A DNA stretch of 62,935 nucleotides, counting the filler, from Collodictyon triciliatum (Eukaryota), in NCBI GenBank assembly GCA_043381765.1. It is 3 parts of 3 records of this genome, joined end to end, with 100 filler letters (N's around TTAATTAATTAA, not from the genome) between each part and the next. Parts side by side here need not be neighbours in the genome. Positions count along the whole stretch, not along the records: positions 24,385 to 46,289 come from JBHJMP010001097.1; positions 46,390 to 62,935 come from JBHJMP010001120.1; 1 more part is not named here. One strand, given 5' to 3'. Below, piece by piece: positions 43,289 through 56,077 of this stretch (positions within the stretch are counted from its first letter, which is position 1; the number at the start of each line of letters is the position of its first letter). The notes beneath the pieces were generated by a model, which worked only from the letters and a program-made list of their open reading frames with translations, was not told where the DNA came from and ran no database searches. The position numbers and the translations under genes were made by a program.

Positions 43289-44345
43289 CCCGCCCGCCGG
43301 CTGCGTTATGCCACGTCTGCATTGCTTGGCACTCTGTCTATTCCGCCGATCTCCCTCTCTCGCTTTTGCTTTCGCTTTTGCTTCTGCCCATGAAAAATTG
43401 CGCGTTTTTTGAGCCTAGAAATCGCCCAGCAAACGCCCTCTTCTGTGGAATCGTCGCAAAGCAAAGGCTGCGTTCGTGTTCTCCGTGTCCTGTCGACAAA
43501 CGGCTTACGAAATCGCCCATTTGTTCCCTGCAATTGTGACGTCATTGCTGCTGCCTGTGCAAATAATCTTCCTGTTCCGGACATAGGCCATTGCATATGC
43601 AGCGTAGAACTGGCCCTGCTGACGTCTCGTGACGCCCTGATTACGCTCTAATCCACGTTTCTCCTTCCCAGTTAGTCGATTTTGAGGTGCATTAGGTAAG
43701 TCTTCCACGTCATAGGCAGTCACCCTCGCCACATAATTGTAACTGTCGTCCTGCCATATTCGGTCTTTTCATCAGAATCGGTACATCTTACACAGCACTA
43801 ATTTAAAAGTCGATGTACTTTAATATTACAAAATTACATATTATGTTTATGAATTATCTACATATAGCTAAAATTATGATTATTGAAAATAAAAAAGATA
43901 TTTAGTTTATACTCCACATTTGTATAAGCCTTTACCGAGTCACAAGTTTGATTGCGTTCAGACTTTGTGGCGATGCAACTGACGATGACGAGAGAAAAAG
44001 ATGCACAGTTATCGCAGCTCCTCTTCCTGGTTAGTACACACAACCCCGACGCGGGAGACGCACTTTTGATACGCCGGAATGTTTTGATGAAAAGGGCTTA
44101 TGATATGAAAACAAACAAGGCAGAGTCAACGAACAAATACTTCCGATGAACCCCAAAGCCACGAAACTCGTCAAGCACATTTCAATTTATACTTATTTAC
44201 TACGGCAGTTAGAAGGTCAATAATGGCGAAGAAAAAGAAAAAGAAAAGGAAAGCGCATAAACTAAAACAAGGATTCAGAGTTAATCATGGGCACACGAAA
44301 AATACGAAATCTAGCAAATCCTAAAGTCCCTGTCATGCCCTTATC

Positions 44346-46068
44346 TCATTCGGGAGGTTTAAATCCTTCATCCATATTTCGTGCCTCAACAGCCTCATTA
44401 TCAGATATGTCGGAGACGGATTGACTTGAGTCTCTTTCATCTCTATCTACAACATGTTTTGGTGCCTTAATCCACTCCCCGTTGAAATAACTCATTCTTC
44501 GCGGTATTAAAGCTTCGTTCTCTGTTTTCCTAGCCTCTGCTAATCCCTTGTTCTCATCACGAGAATTTTGGGCGTGCTCTTGTGTTGAGTTGATTTCATG
44601 GGTCTCAAAGCCTTCATTTTGGGCGTGCTCCTGACCTTCTTGCTTGCCTGAACCACTGGCTTTCTCGGGAGCATTTGCGCTAGTCCCTTCATTTCTACGG
44701 TTCTCGGGAGATTTGGTTACATACTCTGGTGTTGGCGGGATAAGCGAGGATTCATCATGAATAAACTCTAGCCATTCATTCCACTCAGACTTTGAAAACG
44801 TCGCTGGCTGTGTAATTCTCTCCAGTGTTTCGGCTTCGGGATTATCCTCCTCTCGTATTGTATTAAATCCAGAGACAACAGCACGCAAGGCGTCCTTGTC
44901 CCCGGCTCCAGGAATGACAGCCTTCAGCTTTGTCGACTGGACATGTGAATACGAACTGCGAACAGACCGAACGGACCTCGGTGACTCTGTAGATTTCATC
45001 GACCCAGTCTCTTCATCCCCACGTGTTCTATTGGCTATTGCGGTATATGCTAATGCTTTCCAACGGGCTCTGTAATGTCGCTTATCACTCAAAGCCCGTT
45101 TGGCTGCAATACCACTCATATTTCCGTTCTTCGGTGCCCGCATCTGTGGGGATTGGGCTGGTAAAGGCGAGTTAGGCTCAGCCACAATCGCTGTCGTTGC
45201 ATCTCCAGGCAGGCTGCTGAGCCCATTTTCGTTTGAAATATGAATATTCTGCGAACTAGGGCTTCCTGAGGGCGACTGACAAATGTTTGGAATATCAACC
45301 TGATGAGAACCTATGCGACCCCGATCTGGGAAGCTCACACTCCCAGACATCCCTTTCATTCCTTCGTTCGCATCAACTCGGGGGCTTCGTCTTCGATATA
45401 TCGAATTTGAACTTGTGCCCCCACTCATACCACTTTGGACTGCGTTTGAATTATCTTCAATTACAATCTTCATGTCATCTTCATCCGAGAAGCTATCTTT
45501 GCTCTGATTCACGTGTCGAAATGATTCAATCCGGATGGATGAATTTCTCACGAGAGCAGGCTTGGCTCTAACCTGACTATCAGACCGGGACAGCAAATTT
45601 GTTTTTACCTCGTGAATGCTGTTGCGTATCGCCCTGGATATCTCTCGCAGAGGCCTGGCTGATTCATTCCTATTGATAACGCGACTGGACATTCGATTTC
45701 GAAAGAATACAGAGCCAAATTCTTGATCAGAAGAAATGATTGTATCAGAGTCAGAATCAGAATCCGAGCCCATACGGGAGCTAGATATACCATGCTTAGA
45801 GCCTTGTGTTCGTTGTGATTGCCGTCGGTTCATTTCTTTCTCTTCTTCGTCTGTCAGTGGAACTAAGGATACACGCCCAGTAGGTTTCATCGGCGGCCTC
45901 TCAGATGCTTTCATTCGTTGCTCTCCAATTTTTTCTTTGGCTTTCTGCCTCATTTCATCCACTAGCGATGGGAAATAACATAGTACGGAGTCGAAATCGT
46001 CCTTGGTAAGCATAAGCAAATCGCAGTAAGTCGTGGTTCGGATATGCGCTATCCTGCGGGCTTCAAAG
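44346..46068 (-). CDS. Terminal exon of a cyclic-nucleotide-binding-domain protein (CNG/HCN/EAG channel-like); rest lost at contig end
   Basis: After the cag acceptor (46069-46070): FEARRIAHIRTTTYCDLLMLTKDDFDSVLCYFP, the C-terminal part of a CNBD, then about 540 aa of Ser/charged disordered tail to TGA 44346. Confidence 0.8.
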
Positions 46069-46239
46069 CTGATGGGATAATTTAAGTGTTAGCATTTGGA
46101 ATAGAGAAGCTGAAAATACCCTCAAATATGAAAAAGATTCATAAATAAATAGTAATCGACGAATGAAATGAAAACCCAGTACTCAATTTTCGAAGCTATT
46201 TTCAAGTAAACTTATGGTTTAAAAAACAAAAAAGAGATA

Positions 46240-46289
<50 letters not shown>

Positions 46290-46389
46290 NNNNNNNNNNN
46301 NNNNNNNNNNNNNNNNNNNNNNNNNNNNNNNNNTTAATTAATTAANNNNNNNNNNNNNNNNNNNNNNNNNNNNNNNNNNNNNNNNNNNN
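46290..46389. other. Artificial contig-joining spacer (N44 + TTAATTAATTAA + N44)
   Basis: Same 100-bp structure as 24285-24384; 12-mer at 46334-46345. Confidence 0.97.
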
Positions 46390-46492
46390 CATAATAATCA
46401 TAATAATCATAATAATCATAATAATCATAATAATCATAATAATCATAATAATCATAATAATCATAATAATCATAATAATAATAATAATAATA
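46390..46492. repeat. (CATAATAAT)n repeat at contig start
   Basis: Tandem 9-mer grading into (AAT)n. Confidence 0.95.
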
Positions 46493-46647
46493 AACAGTTG
46501 GGCACCTTCATAAATATATTATGACAAGGCATTATATAATAATTAATGAGACTAATCTAATATTTCATAGATGTTTTATTTTTATTTTTTTGCTAATGCT
46601 GTTATCGTTATTGTTGGCCATAATCATATATCAAAGGAGGTGGCTAC

Positions 46648-49600
46648 TTATTCCACCACAGAATGCGGTCACAGTAAGCAGGTGTTCTCTTTTTTTCACT
46701 AATGTTATTATCATTATCATTATTTATTATTTTTTTTTTTAAAAAAAAGGTACCTTCGGCTTGCTCATGTAAATAAAACAGTGATAGTAGTAATGGTAGC
46801 AATAGGAATAGGAGTAACCACCTTGTATCATACTCGTCTGACATCGTATTATACTTGTATGTGGGAGGGAACTGAATGTCGTTCTCTAGAAACCCATGGA
46901 AAGCCCTACCAGCACGAATCTCATTTTTCAACTAAAATAGTAGAAGTAGAAATATATGCTTAGAGCTCATAAATGCCAAATATATTGAGTAAATGTCATA
47001 CCTGGTCATGAGCCATCAATTTCTTCCAATTCCCTGATAGAATTTCAGAGCGAACAACTTCATCCGGCAAATCGATGCGGTAGTTTAAGTCTCCTATCCA
47101 AATCAATATACTAACCGTAGACGACAGGATTATTAGCAAAGAGGTTATGTCATTTTTGCAATTTTCGATTTAAGAGAAAATATTAGCAATACCAGTATTA
47201 TCATTTTTTTCAACAAGTACAAAACAAACTCAGAATCAAATATCCCTAAAGGTTCCATCGCATCCGAAAAATTCATTCTTTGGATTATATCCTTATAATC
47301 TTTATTTCTTCCATCAACATTATCTATATTGGGATGGTTAGGGCAAAAGCTGAGACCAAGAAGTTTTTTTCTTTTTAATAAACCGAACATTAACCCACAC
47401 CTTTTGTTGCTGCTAAATGAGAATTAATAATGCAGATAACACTGTCTTTAATCATCAATCTTGCACCGACAGCTCCTTTGTTCCCCTGGATTTTAAATAA
47501 TATCACTTAAAATTGTCATAGTTTACAATTTCATTCTAGTCAACTATCGAAATGACGGTATATGGGAAGCAATAGGACAAATTATAGTTCCCCGCTGTTT
47601 TTTTTTTTCTGAAAGAGGATGTTGCATGAATTAGGATTAGTAAGTTACCAGAACCCCCAGCAAANNNNNNNNNNNNNNNNNNNNNNNNNNNNNNNNNNNN
47701 NNNNNNNNNNNNNNNNNNNNNNNNNNNNNNNNNNNNNNNNNNNNNNNNNNNNNNNNNNNNNNNNNNNNNNNNNNNNNNNNNNNNNNNNNNNNNNNNNNNN
47801 NNNNNNNNNNNNNNNNNNNNNNNNNNNNNNNNNNNNNNNNNNNNNNNNNNNNNNNNNNNNNNNNNNNNNNNNNNNNNNNNNNNNNNNNNNNNNNNNNNNN
47901 NNNNNNNNNNNNNNNNNNNNNNNNNNNNNNNNNNNNNNNNNNNNNNNNNNNNNNNNNNNNNNNNNNNNNNNNNNNNNNNNNNNNNNNNNNNNNNNNNNNN
48001 NNNNNNNNNNNNNNNNNNNNNNNNNNNNNNNNNNNNNNNNNNNNNNNNNNNNNNNNNNNNNNNNNNNNNNNNNNNNNNNTTCAAAACAACAGCCTCGGCG
48101 GACATATCAACTTCTTGGAGGCTTGATAACAATAGCATATATAAAGAAGAAAAATAAGTTAAAGTGTGATAAACCTAGAAGGGCGTCTATTTCATTTAGC
48201 ACGTTAAAAATGCTTTAAAATAAATCTTCTAAATACATATTGAATTCGAAATAATACTCGATGATGTTATAGATATATTGATTGATGGATGAAAGAGAGG
48301 GATGGTAGCTTGGTGATCGATACGTATCAGATCATTTTCTTTTCTTTTTGGAATATTTACCCGACTGCTATAAAGTGTGATGGCTCTGAGGGGCTAAGTG
48401 GAAGACATCCAATTATTGATTCATCCCCAGGTTTTTTGCAATTCACATTCCATGTGATGGATGTGATTCTATAGTAGATAATTTAGTAAGCAAATAATGT
48501 GAAAAAATTTCAAAATTGCCAGAAAATAGTGTAGGAGATTAATAATCAAAGAAAAAGTATTGCAGAGGTTTGAATAATTGAGGTGAACTCCTTCCCATAA
48601 GCACATGGTTAGAGCCCTACGATATATAACTTTGAGAAGTATACGCAGAGAGAACATAAAAAATGAATACCTATAAGGTACACGAGTAGTATATTCATCT
48701 TCTTTTTCCTTCATCTTCATTCTAATTTGGGCTCTGTATTCATCCTCCTTGAAAATGACCAAATTTCCTGTCATCCATTCGTCCAGGCGCACAGGTGTTG
48801 GGCCAGTTGGTATGTCGACAGCTTTTTCCCCCACGTAGAGATAAATGAGATAAATGAGATAAATGACAGATAACGCTTAAAGTTTTTCTGATGTGGCAAA
48901 TCATTTCACGATTATTATCATCATGAATAAATCAAATGAATATCATCAACATTCTTGCAAGCATGTGTGTACTTGCTGGGTATGATTCGATCATGGTAGT
49001 AGACTCCAGTACATCTGGGGTTTGGGTAGTTAGCAAAGAGTCATCTATACAAGGGTGGATGAAAATACCATTTTAAGATTTAGTAGCACGCATTTTAAAA
49101 ATCTTTTTAATACACTGCAATTGTTATACATGATTTAGATTACAACGTGATTCTAAACTACCTATTAGAGATTGATTGGCGTGACTATCAAACGGGATAA
49201 TGCTATATGAGGAGAGCCACTTGACCTCTTGGAAAGTAGGTACGCTGGCTGGTAATAAATTGATTAAACATGAAATTTTGGAACTATTATGTAAACCCAT
49301 CACATAGAGAAATTTTATGGATTTAAGGCAGGTAAAATGCAGTAAGAAAAACCCATGATAACGGCTTCGTTGAACTTTTCCACAAAATCTCTCAGAAGAG
49401 GGGGAGACTCAACTAGAAATTCAGTGACACCGTCTCCATTACTAAAATCCATGCATACTTTGTCTTTTTCTTCATAGATCTAGATTCGAATAGTATTTGA
49501 AGGTTATATGAAGAGATATACAGCTGATTGTGTGCTCATGAACTTATCACGGAACTCATTATCTTAATAAAGAATATGAGAATGTGATTTATAGAAATAT

Positions 49601-50236
49601 GAAAAATATGAATATGCGATTATTTTATTTCCATTTATAATTCCACAGAAATACGCTTGTTTAGAGAATATATATATATATATTACGATTGATTTTGATG
49701 TAATCCCCCATGCCATTATGAACTGGATTTTTTCATATGACTCACTTTCCATTTGCAACAGAAAGACACTGGTTTAAAATTAAGGTATGTATGTTCCAAA
49801 AATGCAACCAGAAAGCATAGTAAGCTAAAGGCTTTGTGATATATAGTCATAAAACATATACTAGCATATTATATTATATATTTTTAATTTCCTTTCAATT
49901 TTGTGCAAGATGGTAGTGAAGGATACGCGCATTGTGAAGCAGCTTCACGCATGATTATACTGAGAACGAGAGGCTTTCTTTCGAATCTGTCAACTAGTGT
50001 TGTTCCGACTTGATGAGGAAGCGATATGTGAAGCAACTAGTAAAAATCAGTAATTGTGAGACACCCGCGCAATTGAAACCGAGCAAATGAAACAAGTGTC
50101 AAGCCGCCGGGCCTTTGTATGAACTAATCCTGAATGTGTGCAACACAGCCTGCAATCGACAAGCAGGGAAACATACCGTGACGAAGCGATCGATGGGCTT
50201 CAGAAGCTCTTGGATTTTCTCCAGTAACTCCGCCAT
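46648..50236 (-). CDS. Inositol polyphosphate 5-phosphatase, OCRL/INPP5B-like, partial (internal gap, 3'-truncated)
   Basis: KEDEYT..ITWNVN, IAVG|LQEVDMSAEA, GNKGAVGAR..ICIINSHLAA, RNKDYKDI, IWIGDLNYRI, IQFPPTYKY..YDT|SEKKRTPAYCDRILW. N-terminal exons start at ATG 50236. Confidence 0.9.
47665..48079. other. Scaffold gap inside the 5-phosphatase gene
   Basis: 415 N without the linker; exons of the same gene lie on both sides. Confidence 0.95.
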
Positions 50237-51017
50237 TCTCTGTGTGAAGAAAAAGAAAAAGAAAAAGAAAAAAAGAAAAAAAAAGAAAAAAGAAAAAAGA
50301 AAAAGAAAAAGAAAAAGAAAACAAGCAGGCTTGTTAGGGCTTCTCCCGGCGCTATTCACTCATGAAACAAACACGTTTAGAGTTACTGTTCTTTGTTTGT
50401 CAGTGGAAAGTAGACTTGGTCGACTGATACATGCGTATGAATGAGTGCGAATATTCCCGCTCCGCCCTCACGAGCTTTCATAGCTAATCACTCCAAACAG
50501 ATGAACGACGCCAAATGAGTGCGTACTGCGACATTATTGCTAACTGCGCAGTAAGACTTTTTTTTTTTGAGAAATACACCACGATTTTTAAATGCACGAA
50601 GTGGAATCAATATAGATATATGCAATGGTCGAGGAGGTCGGGTGTGTATGTGGATGTTGGGTTGTCCATTGGGTCGTGTCTGAAGGAGACATACAAAGCC
50701 CACCCGAGGGGTTTGTGAATAGCTCACGATATTATCACAGTATATGTCCCTCTTTCTCTTGCTTATTTTTCTTCCAGAAGTACGTACGGTTATTCATTAT
50801 ATTTTGTTTTATTATTATCATCATTAATTTAGAAAAAAAGAATTGATAGCGAAAAGTGGAATGAAATGGAATAGGCAAATGAAGACAAACGTTTCATTTC
50901 CTTTTGAAAAAAAATAATAATAATCGAGTAGTCGACCTCTCTTACCAGAGGGGCAACTTTCCTCATTCTTCTCTTCTTTTTTTTCTTCCTTTTTTTTTTT
51001 TTTTTTTTTTTTTAATA

Positions 51018-51062
<45 letters not shown>

Positions 51063-51169
51063 AATAGATTATTGCTTAGGTTGTGATGGAGAAAGAAAAA
51101 AAACGAATGAGCCTCAAACCACGAATTGTCTGCAAACGCAGGTGAACACATAACCCAGAATAAAATGCT

Positions 51170-54100
51170 TCAACTATCATCGTGTATAGCCTTCAAGTAA
51201 GACTTATATTCATCAACGTATAGTTTACACGAATTAGGCCTACAATCCTCCAGTAAGTAAGTAAATAGAGGGTTTAGAACCTTCTTATCGTCAAAAAATG
51301 CTTCATAATCCCGTAGCTTTGGTCCATGAAAGTGCACGATTTTTGTAAGGTTATAAACAGGCCAGTAAGGCTTCCAATTATAGACCGGATTCATCCAATC
51401 CGTTCTATCCTTGTAAAATGAGTTGAATGCTCCTTGGTCAGCAGGTCCATTGCGAAAGCGAAGGTCCCCAGATTTCAACACAAAACTCAGAAACTCGTCA
51501 TGAGTTTTTCGAAGTCCGTTCATGTTCATTAGCATAATACCCATGTTACACGGAAACTTTTTCCTGATTTTAGACTCGGGGCCGCATGAGAAAAACCTGT
51601 GTGAGAATCGTGAATTCTTTTCAGTTCTACAAATACAGCTTCCTTCTTTCGTTCTGTCGTAATTATAAATGGATATTATATTGTGGTGGAGCAGACTGTA
51701 TTTAATCGATATAATTACCTAGGCCAAGTCGAAAAGGATTTTGTGGTGATCCGGCTGACAAACATGATATCTACATCTGTGTAAAGTACAAACTCATAAT
51801 CCTGCAAATCCTTTAGCATAGGCACATCGGTGCGAAGAAATGTGGCAGCCAGGGAGCCCGGAGAGGCGTAATTTGGACTTGACTTATCAAATTCGTTATA
51901 CGTTATGTTGAGTTTGAGAAGTTCAGGAAACCATGTCAATTCATGATAAATAACCTGATTTTGAATATATGAATGTCAAAAAAAAAAAAAAAGAATGAAT
52001 CTAGTGTCATAGTTTTAATGTATATATAATAATGGGGTAGAGCCTTACTCATATTATATTTAAGTTTTTAAAAGACTTTTAAAGGTAGCATTTTGCGTAG
52101 CATTAATATTCAAATAAATAAAATATGATAATATTTGAGCAATATGCGAGTTGCGTAATAATATCATTAGAACAAATATAAAATGAGTTTTGGTATAACA
52201 ATAGGTAAATAGAGAATGTCCTCCATAAGAAAATATAAGAAACCTGTACTCCATGCCTTTCCATCCAACGAGTAAGATTATTCGGTGCCCCTCCATAAAT
52301 GCAGTATTTGGGAATATCAACAAACCTTTCTGCTGATAGTACTGCTACTTTTGTCATGTCATCATAATATGTGGTGCTATTGTTTAGAGTAAACACCCAA
52401 CTGACTTTTTTCTCTTCATGATCTAGATTGATGGCGTGAATGAGCACTCATGTAGGTATGGATATATATATTAAAGTACATAATATTCTTTGTCGTATTT
52501 ATATTATTTTTCGTTGAAAGTGAACTTTGATTAAGTAAAGGCCAAAAGTAGCGTGGCTTAACATACATACCACAAGACTTTTTTTTTTTGTTGTTGGAAA
52601 AAGCAAGGAGAAATAGAGGTAGAAAATAAGGAGGAAAAAGAGAGGGGACAATATTACAGGATGTATCTGATTCTTTCTTACTGAATGATGGAGCATTCAA
52701 AAGGGAAAACCCAAAAAGTTTGCTCCTGTCATATCTGAGACTTGATTTAAATCTAGGTTTCCGCTCTAACATAGATAAAGATGCTGCATGTATCCCGGCA
52801 TTGGCGAAAAATATATCAGCTTCGAGGGATATACCGAAATTGATGGCTGGTATGTCTTGGGTTAGCGTTTTTTTTTTCTTCCCTATCGCACATTTAATAC
52901 CAGTATATTATTGTATGATAAAATTCGAGTTATTTACCTGATATTAATTCTGGCTGATTGAACACACGTCTCCATGAGATCGGGGCCATTTCTCCCAAGG
53001 TTGTAAAGTTCAGATGAGAACGAACAAGATTTATATCATAGTTCTTCTCAAAATCAGTGTAAAAATAAATGGGTCCTCGTTTATTAAGCTATGTTTAACA
53101 TTCTCTATGAGTATTTGATGGTGATGATATTACAATAGAAGAAATATATAGGTATGAGCATATGATCCAGTAGGATGTCATTGAGGTTTGATGAAATGGT
53201 ACATTTTTTGCTTTGAATCTGGTTATTGCGTCCAATATGCCCATGTAGCAATTATCCTTCTTTTGCGTTGGAGGTAAACAGGTAAATAATATCAGTACGT
53301 ATAGCCTGAAAGAGTGATTGAGAATGTCTAACAATAATATTTGTAATGAGGCAATCTATCATATTTTAATATAATTAGGATAACATTAATTCAAATTATT
53401 ACCGTGCATTCTTGCTTGAATTTTTCTGTAAAATCCCCTTGGAACACTGTAAAAAATGATGTTCCGATTGTTTCTTTAACCTCGTTTATACCCATCATAA
53501 TTAATTCAGAAAATTCAAGACCAAGACTAAGCTTCCAGTAAACTTTTATAGCCTACAGAGAGAAAAATAGGATTAACATGATTAGTTATTTAGTATTATT
53601 TGTTTGCCGATAGTTTCAAGGAAATGTTTTTGGATAAGTTCACTACTAATGTCACTACTTTTAATGATGTCACACATATTGTGGAAGGAAAAGTATATAC
53701 TAACCTCATCAAATTTGCTATACGCGATGGATCCAGAAGTGCAATCAAACTTTACTATGGGATCATCTGCAAAGCTATTTGCGATTATTCGGATGTTTTC
53801 TTTACTGAATCTTTTGTTATAAGATGAAATTAAGGTGATTTTACGATTTGCAAAGTAATCTGGAATTTTATCAACTATCGTCGCCCAGGGCGTCCAATTG
53901 TTAAACACCTTTACAACATCATAGAACATCGAAAACGGAACCGAATTTTCTCTTACATTCACATCAGCCTGTAATGTGGGTAAAACGAGAGTGCGTCCCA
54001 GAAGATGTGCTAGTACTCCAGCATTGATCACAGATACACGTTGCTTTGAAAATCCACCGCACACATCGAACATAAGAAACTTTGTTGAATTGGTAATCTC

Positions 54101-54370
54101 TATCGAATTCATGATAGTATCTTGCATCTTACTTTTGTTCTTTTGGTCGACAACAATAGGCTCCAAATGATGCAATTCAAGCTCCTTTTCGGATTTCAGT
54201 CTGATATTAGTGGCGATAGGATCTCTGTGGGCATTCATGGTGGACCAAAAGTACATGTGATACGCTAAGAACATTCCAAATACAATCAGAGTCCAAGGAG
54301 GAAGCCCTTGTAGGAAACCAGATAATGACTGACGTTTTCGGTTCGAAAGTGCGGAAGATACTCCGGCCAT
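51170..54370 (-). CDS. Type II membrane two-domain glycosyltransferase: O-fucosyltransferase-like (GT-B) + GT8-like (GT-A)
   Basis: TM segment WTLIVFGMFLAYHMYFW; GGFSKQRVSVINAGVLAHLLGRTLVLP and VPFSMFYDV (O-FucT-like); then ATFLRTDVP, FVLYTDVDIMF (DxD), NMGIMLMN, DQGAFN, YNWKPYW, IVHFHGPK (GT8-like). All exons splice in frame by hand. Confidence 0.8.
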
Positions 54371-56016
54371 AGTCCTTTGCACAAAAACACTACAAAAAAA
54401 AAAAAAAAGAAGGGATGAGTGCCTCCATGCTTTAATTTATTTATATTTTTCAACTTCAGACGATTCCGAAGAAGGAGTGTCATATGTTAATATGTGTTGG
54501 TTTGTGTAAAGGATGCCTGTTAGAAAATAGAAACGGGAAGAAGTTCAAAGTAGATAGAATTCAGAATGTCACAGAGAGTCAGTAATAGTGATTATAATGC
54601 TAGTATATAACGAGATTCTCAATTACAGAGAGACCTTGACACGGGCTGTGCATGTCCCGATATTTTTTAGTTGTTACTTCATTATTTTTTACTTCACGTA
54701 ATATAAGCATATATATTTTTCCTTCTCGTATATCATCAGCATATTTTTCTTATTTATTGTTCAGTTCAAGTATTATGTAATATAATCTTATCAGTATTTT
54801 TCGGTCTTGCTTTTAGTATATTACATTTATTTCATAACACTGCTGACGCAGCACGCCTGATTGAATACACAAGTTCTTTATGCAAGTTATTAATCTTTCA
54901 AGTTTAAAGCATTGCGAAAGCAACCGATGGCTAGCGAACAAGAGCCAACATCCCCACCTTCTTGCACAAAATTGATAGGAATATTTAAATAAATAAATAA
55001 AAAAAAAGCCTAGCAAAACTAATAAGTAGCAGTTAAGGCAAAGTAAAATAAAATAAACAGAGGAACCGAACAGGAGCGCGATCTATGGCAAACCCTCCCC
55101 ACGACTTCCTGGTCGGCAGAGTCTGAATCTTTCCTCGCGATAACACGTGTCCAGTTGCACACAGACTCTCGCGTTGAAACCCATTTGTATCAAACCAGCG
55201 GGTTTGTTCGTGCCAGTAAAGCGCCTCCAACGTTTGAATCCACGTCAATGATTGGGTTTGTGTCTCCGTGCATAATGAATCAGAATGCCCGTTTGTAACT
55301 AAACACCCAGGGTCAGGCATCTCCATCTCTGGAAAATATAGTGCACCAGACTCATCCCACGCACAAGACAACATCCGCGATGGTATTTGCGTGCGTAATA
55401 AAACGCACATATAGAAAAGACATGTGCTGTCTTGTTGACCTTGTGATAGAACAATCGGAGAACGGGCTTGAGATATCATCTGTAAAATAAGTGATGACCG
55501 CGGCGACAAGATGAGGTGGATTTAGGGTGAAAAAAATAATCTCTGACAACAAGGTTAAGTGGCGCTATTTTTTTCAAGGGTCGGCCAACCCACAAATAAT
55601 GCCGTGCAGTACATGTGCAGGTTTGTCTCATCATACTCTCGTTCGTGATTCTAGTCCCTCATGTGCATTTTCTTCACTCGTCATGAATTTGAAAGAATAC
55701 TCTCACATGAGTCACTACCTACACAAGAAGTTGAATGCCGAATGGTTTTCTATAATAAAAAAAAAAAACAAGGGGAATCTGTAGTCTAATTCACTTGTAA
55801 GACAATCCGGATTTTGTTGATATATCATTTTACTTTTCCTGAATATCATTGATTCCTTCTGCATGGCACCCTACTATGATTCATCGCCTTACACAAATGA
55901 TACCTGACCAGCACTTCTACTAACGAATTTTTCTTCTGAGTGAGTCTCGAGTAATTAGATTGAGGTTTGCCGAAGTGGTTAGACCAAGCGATTAAATAAT
56001 TTTTTTTACTCGATAT

Positions 56017-56046
56017 TCACATCGCTATTTTAACTATATAATAAAG

Positions 56047-56077
<31 letters not shown>

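Noticed and set aside
41888-43412. Several long overlapping ORFs on both strands around the ARID gene
   Set aside because: Shadow frames caused by high GC and low-complexity codon repeats; only the spliced minus frame gives a coherent domain.
44346-50236. Apparent fusion of an inositol 5-phosphatase with a cyclic-nucleotide-binding domain (same strand, adjacent)
   Set aside because: The two halves are separated by the artificial spacer at 46290-46389 and come from different contigs.
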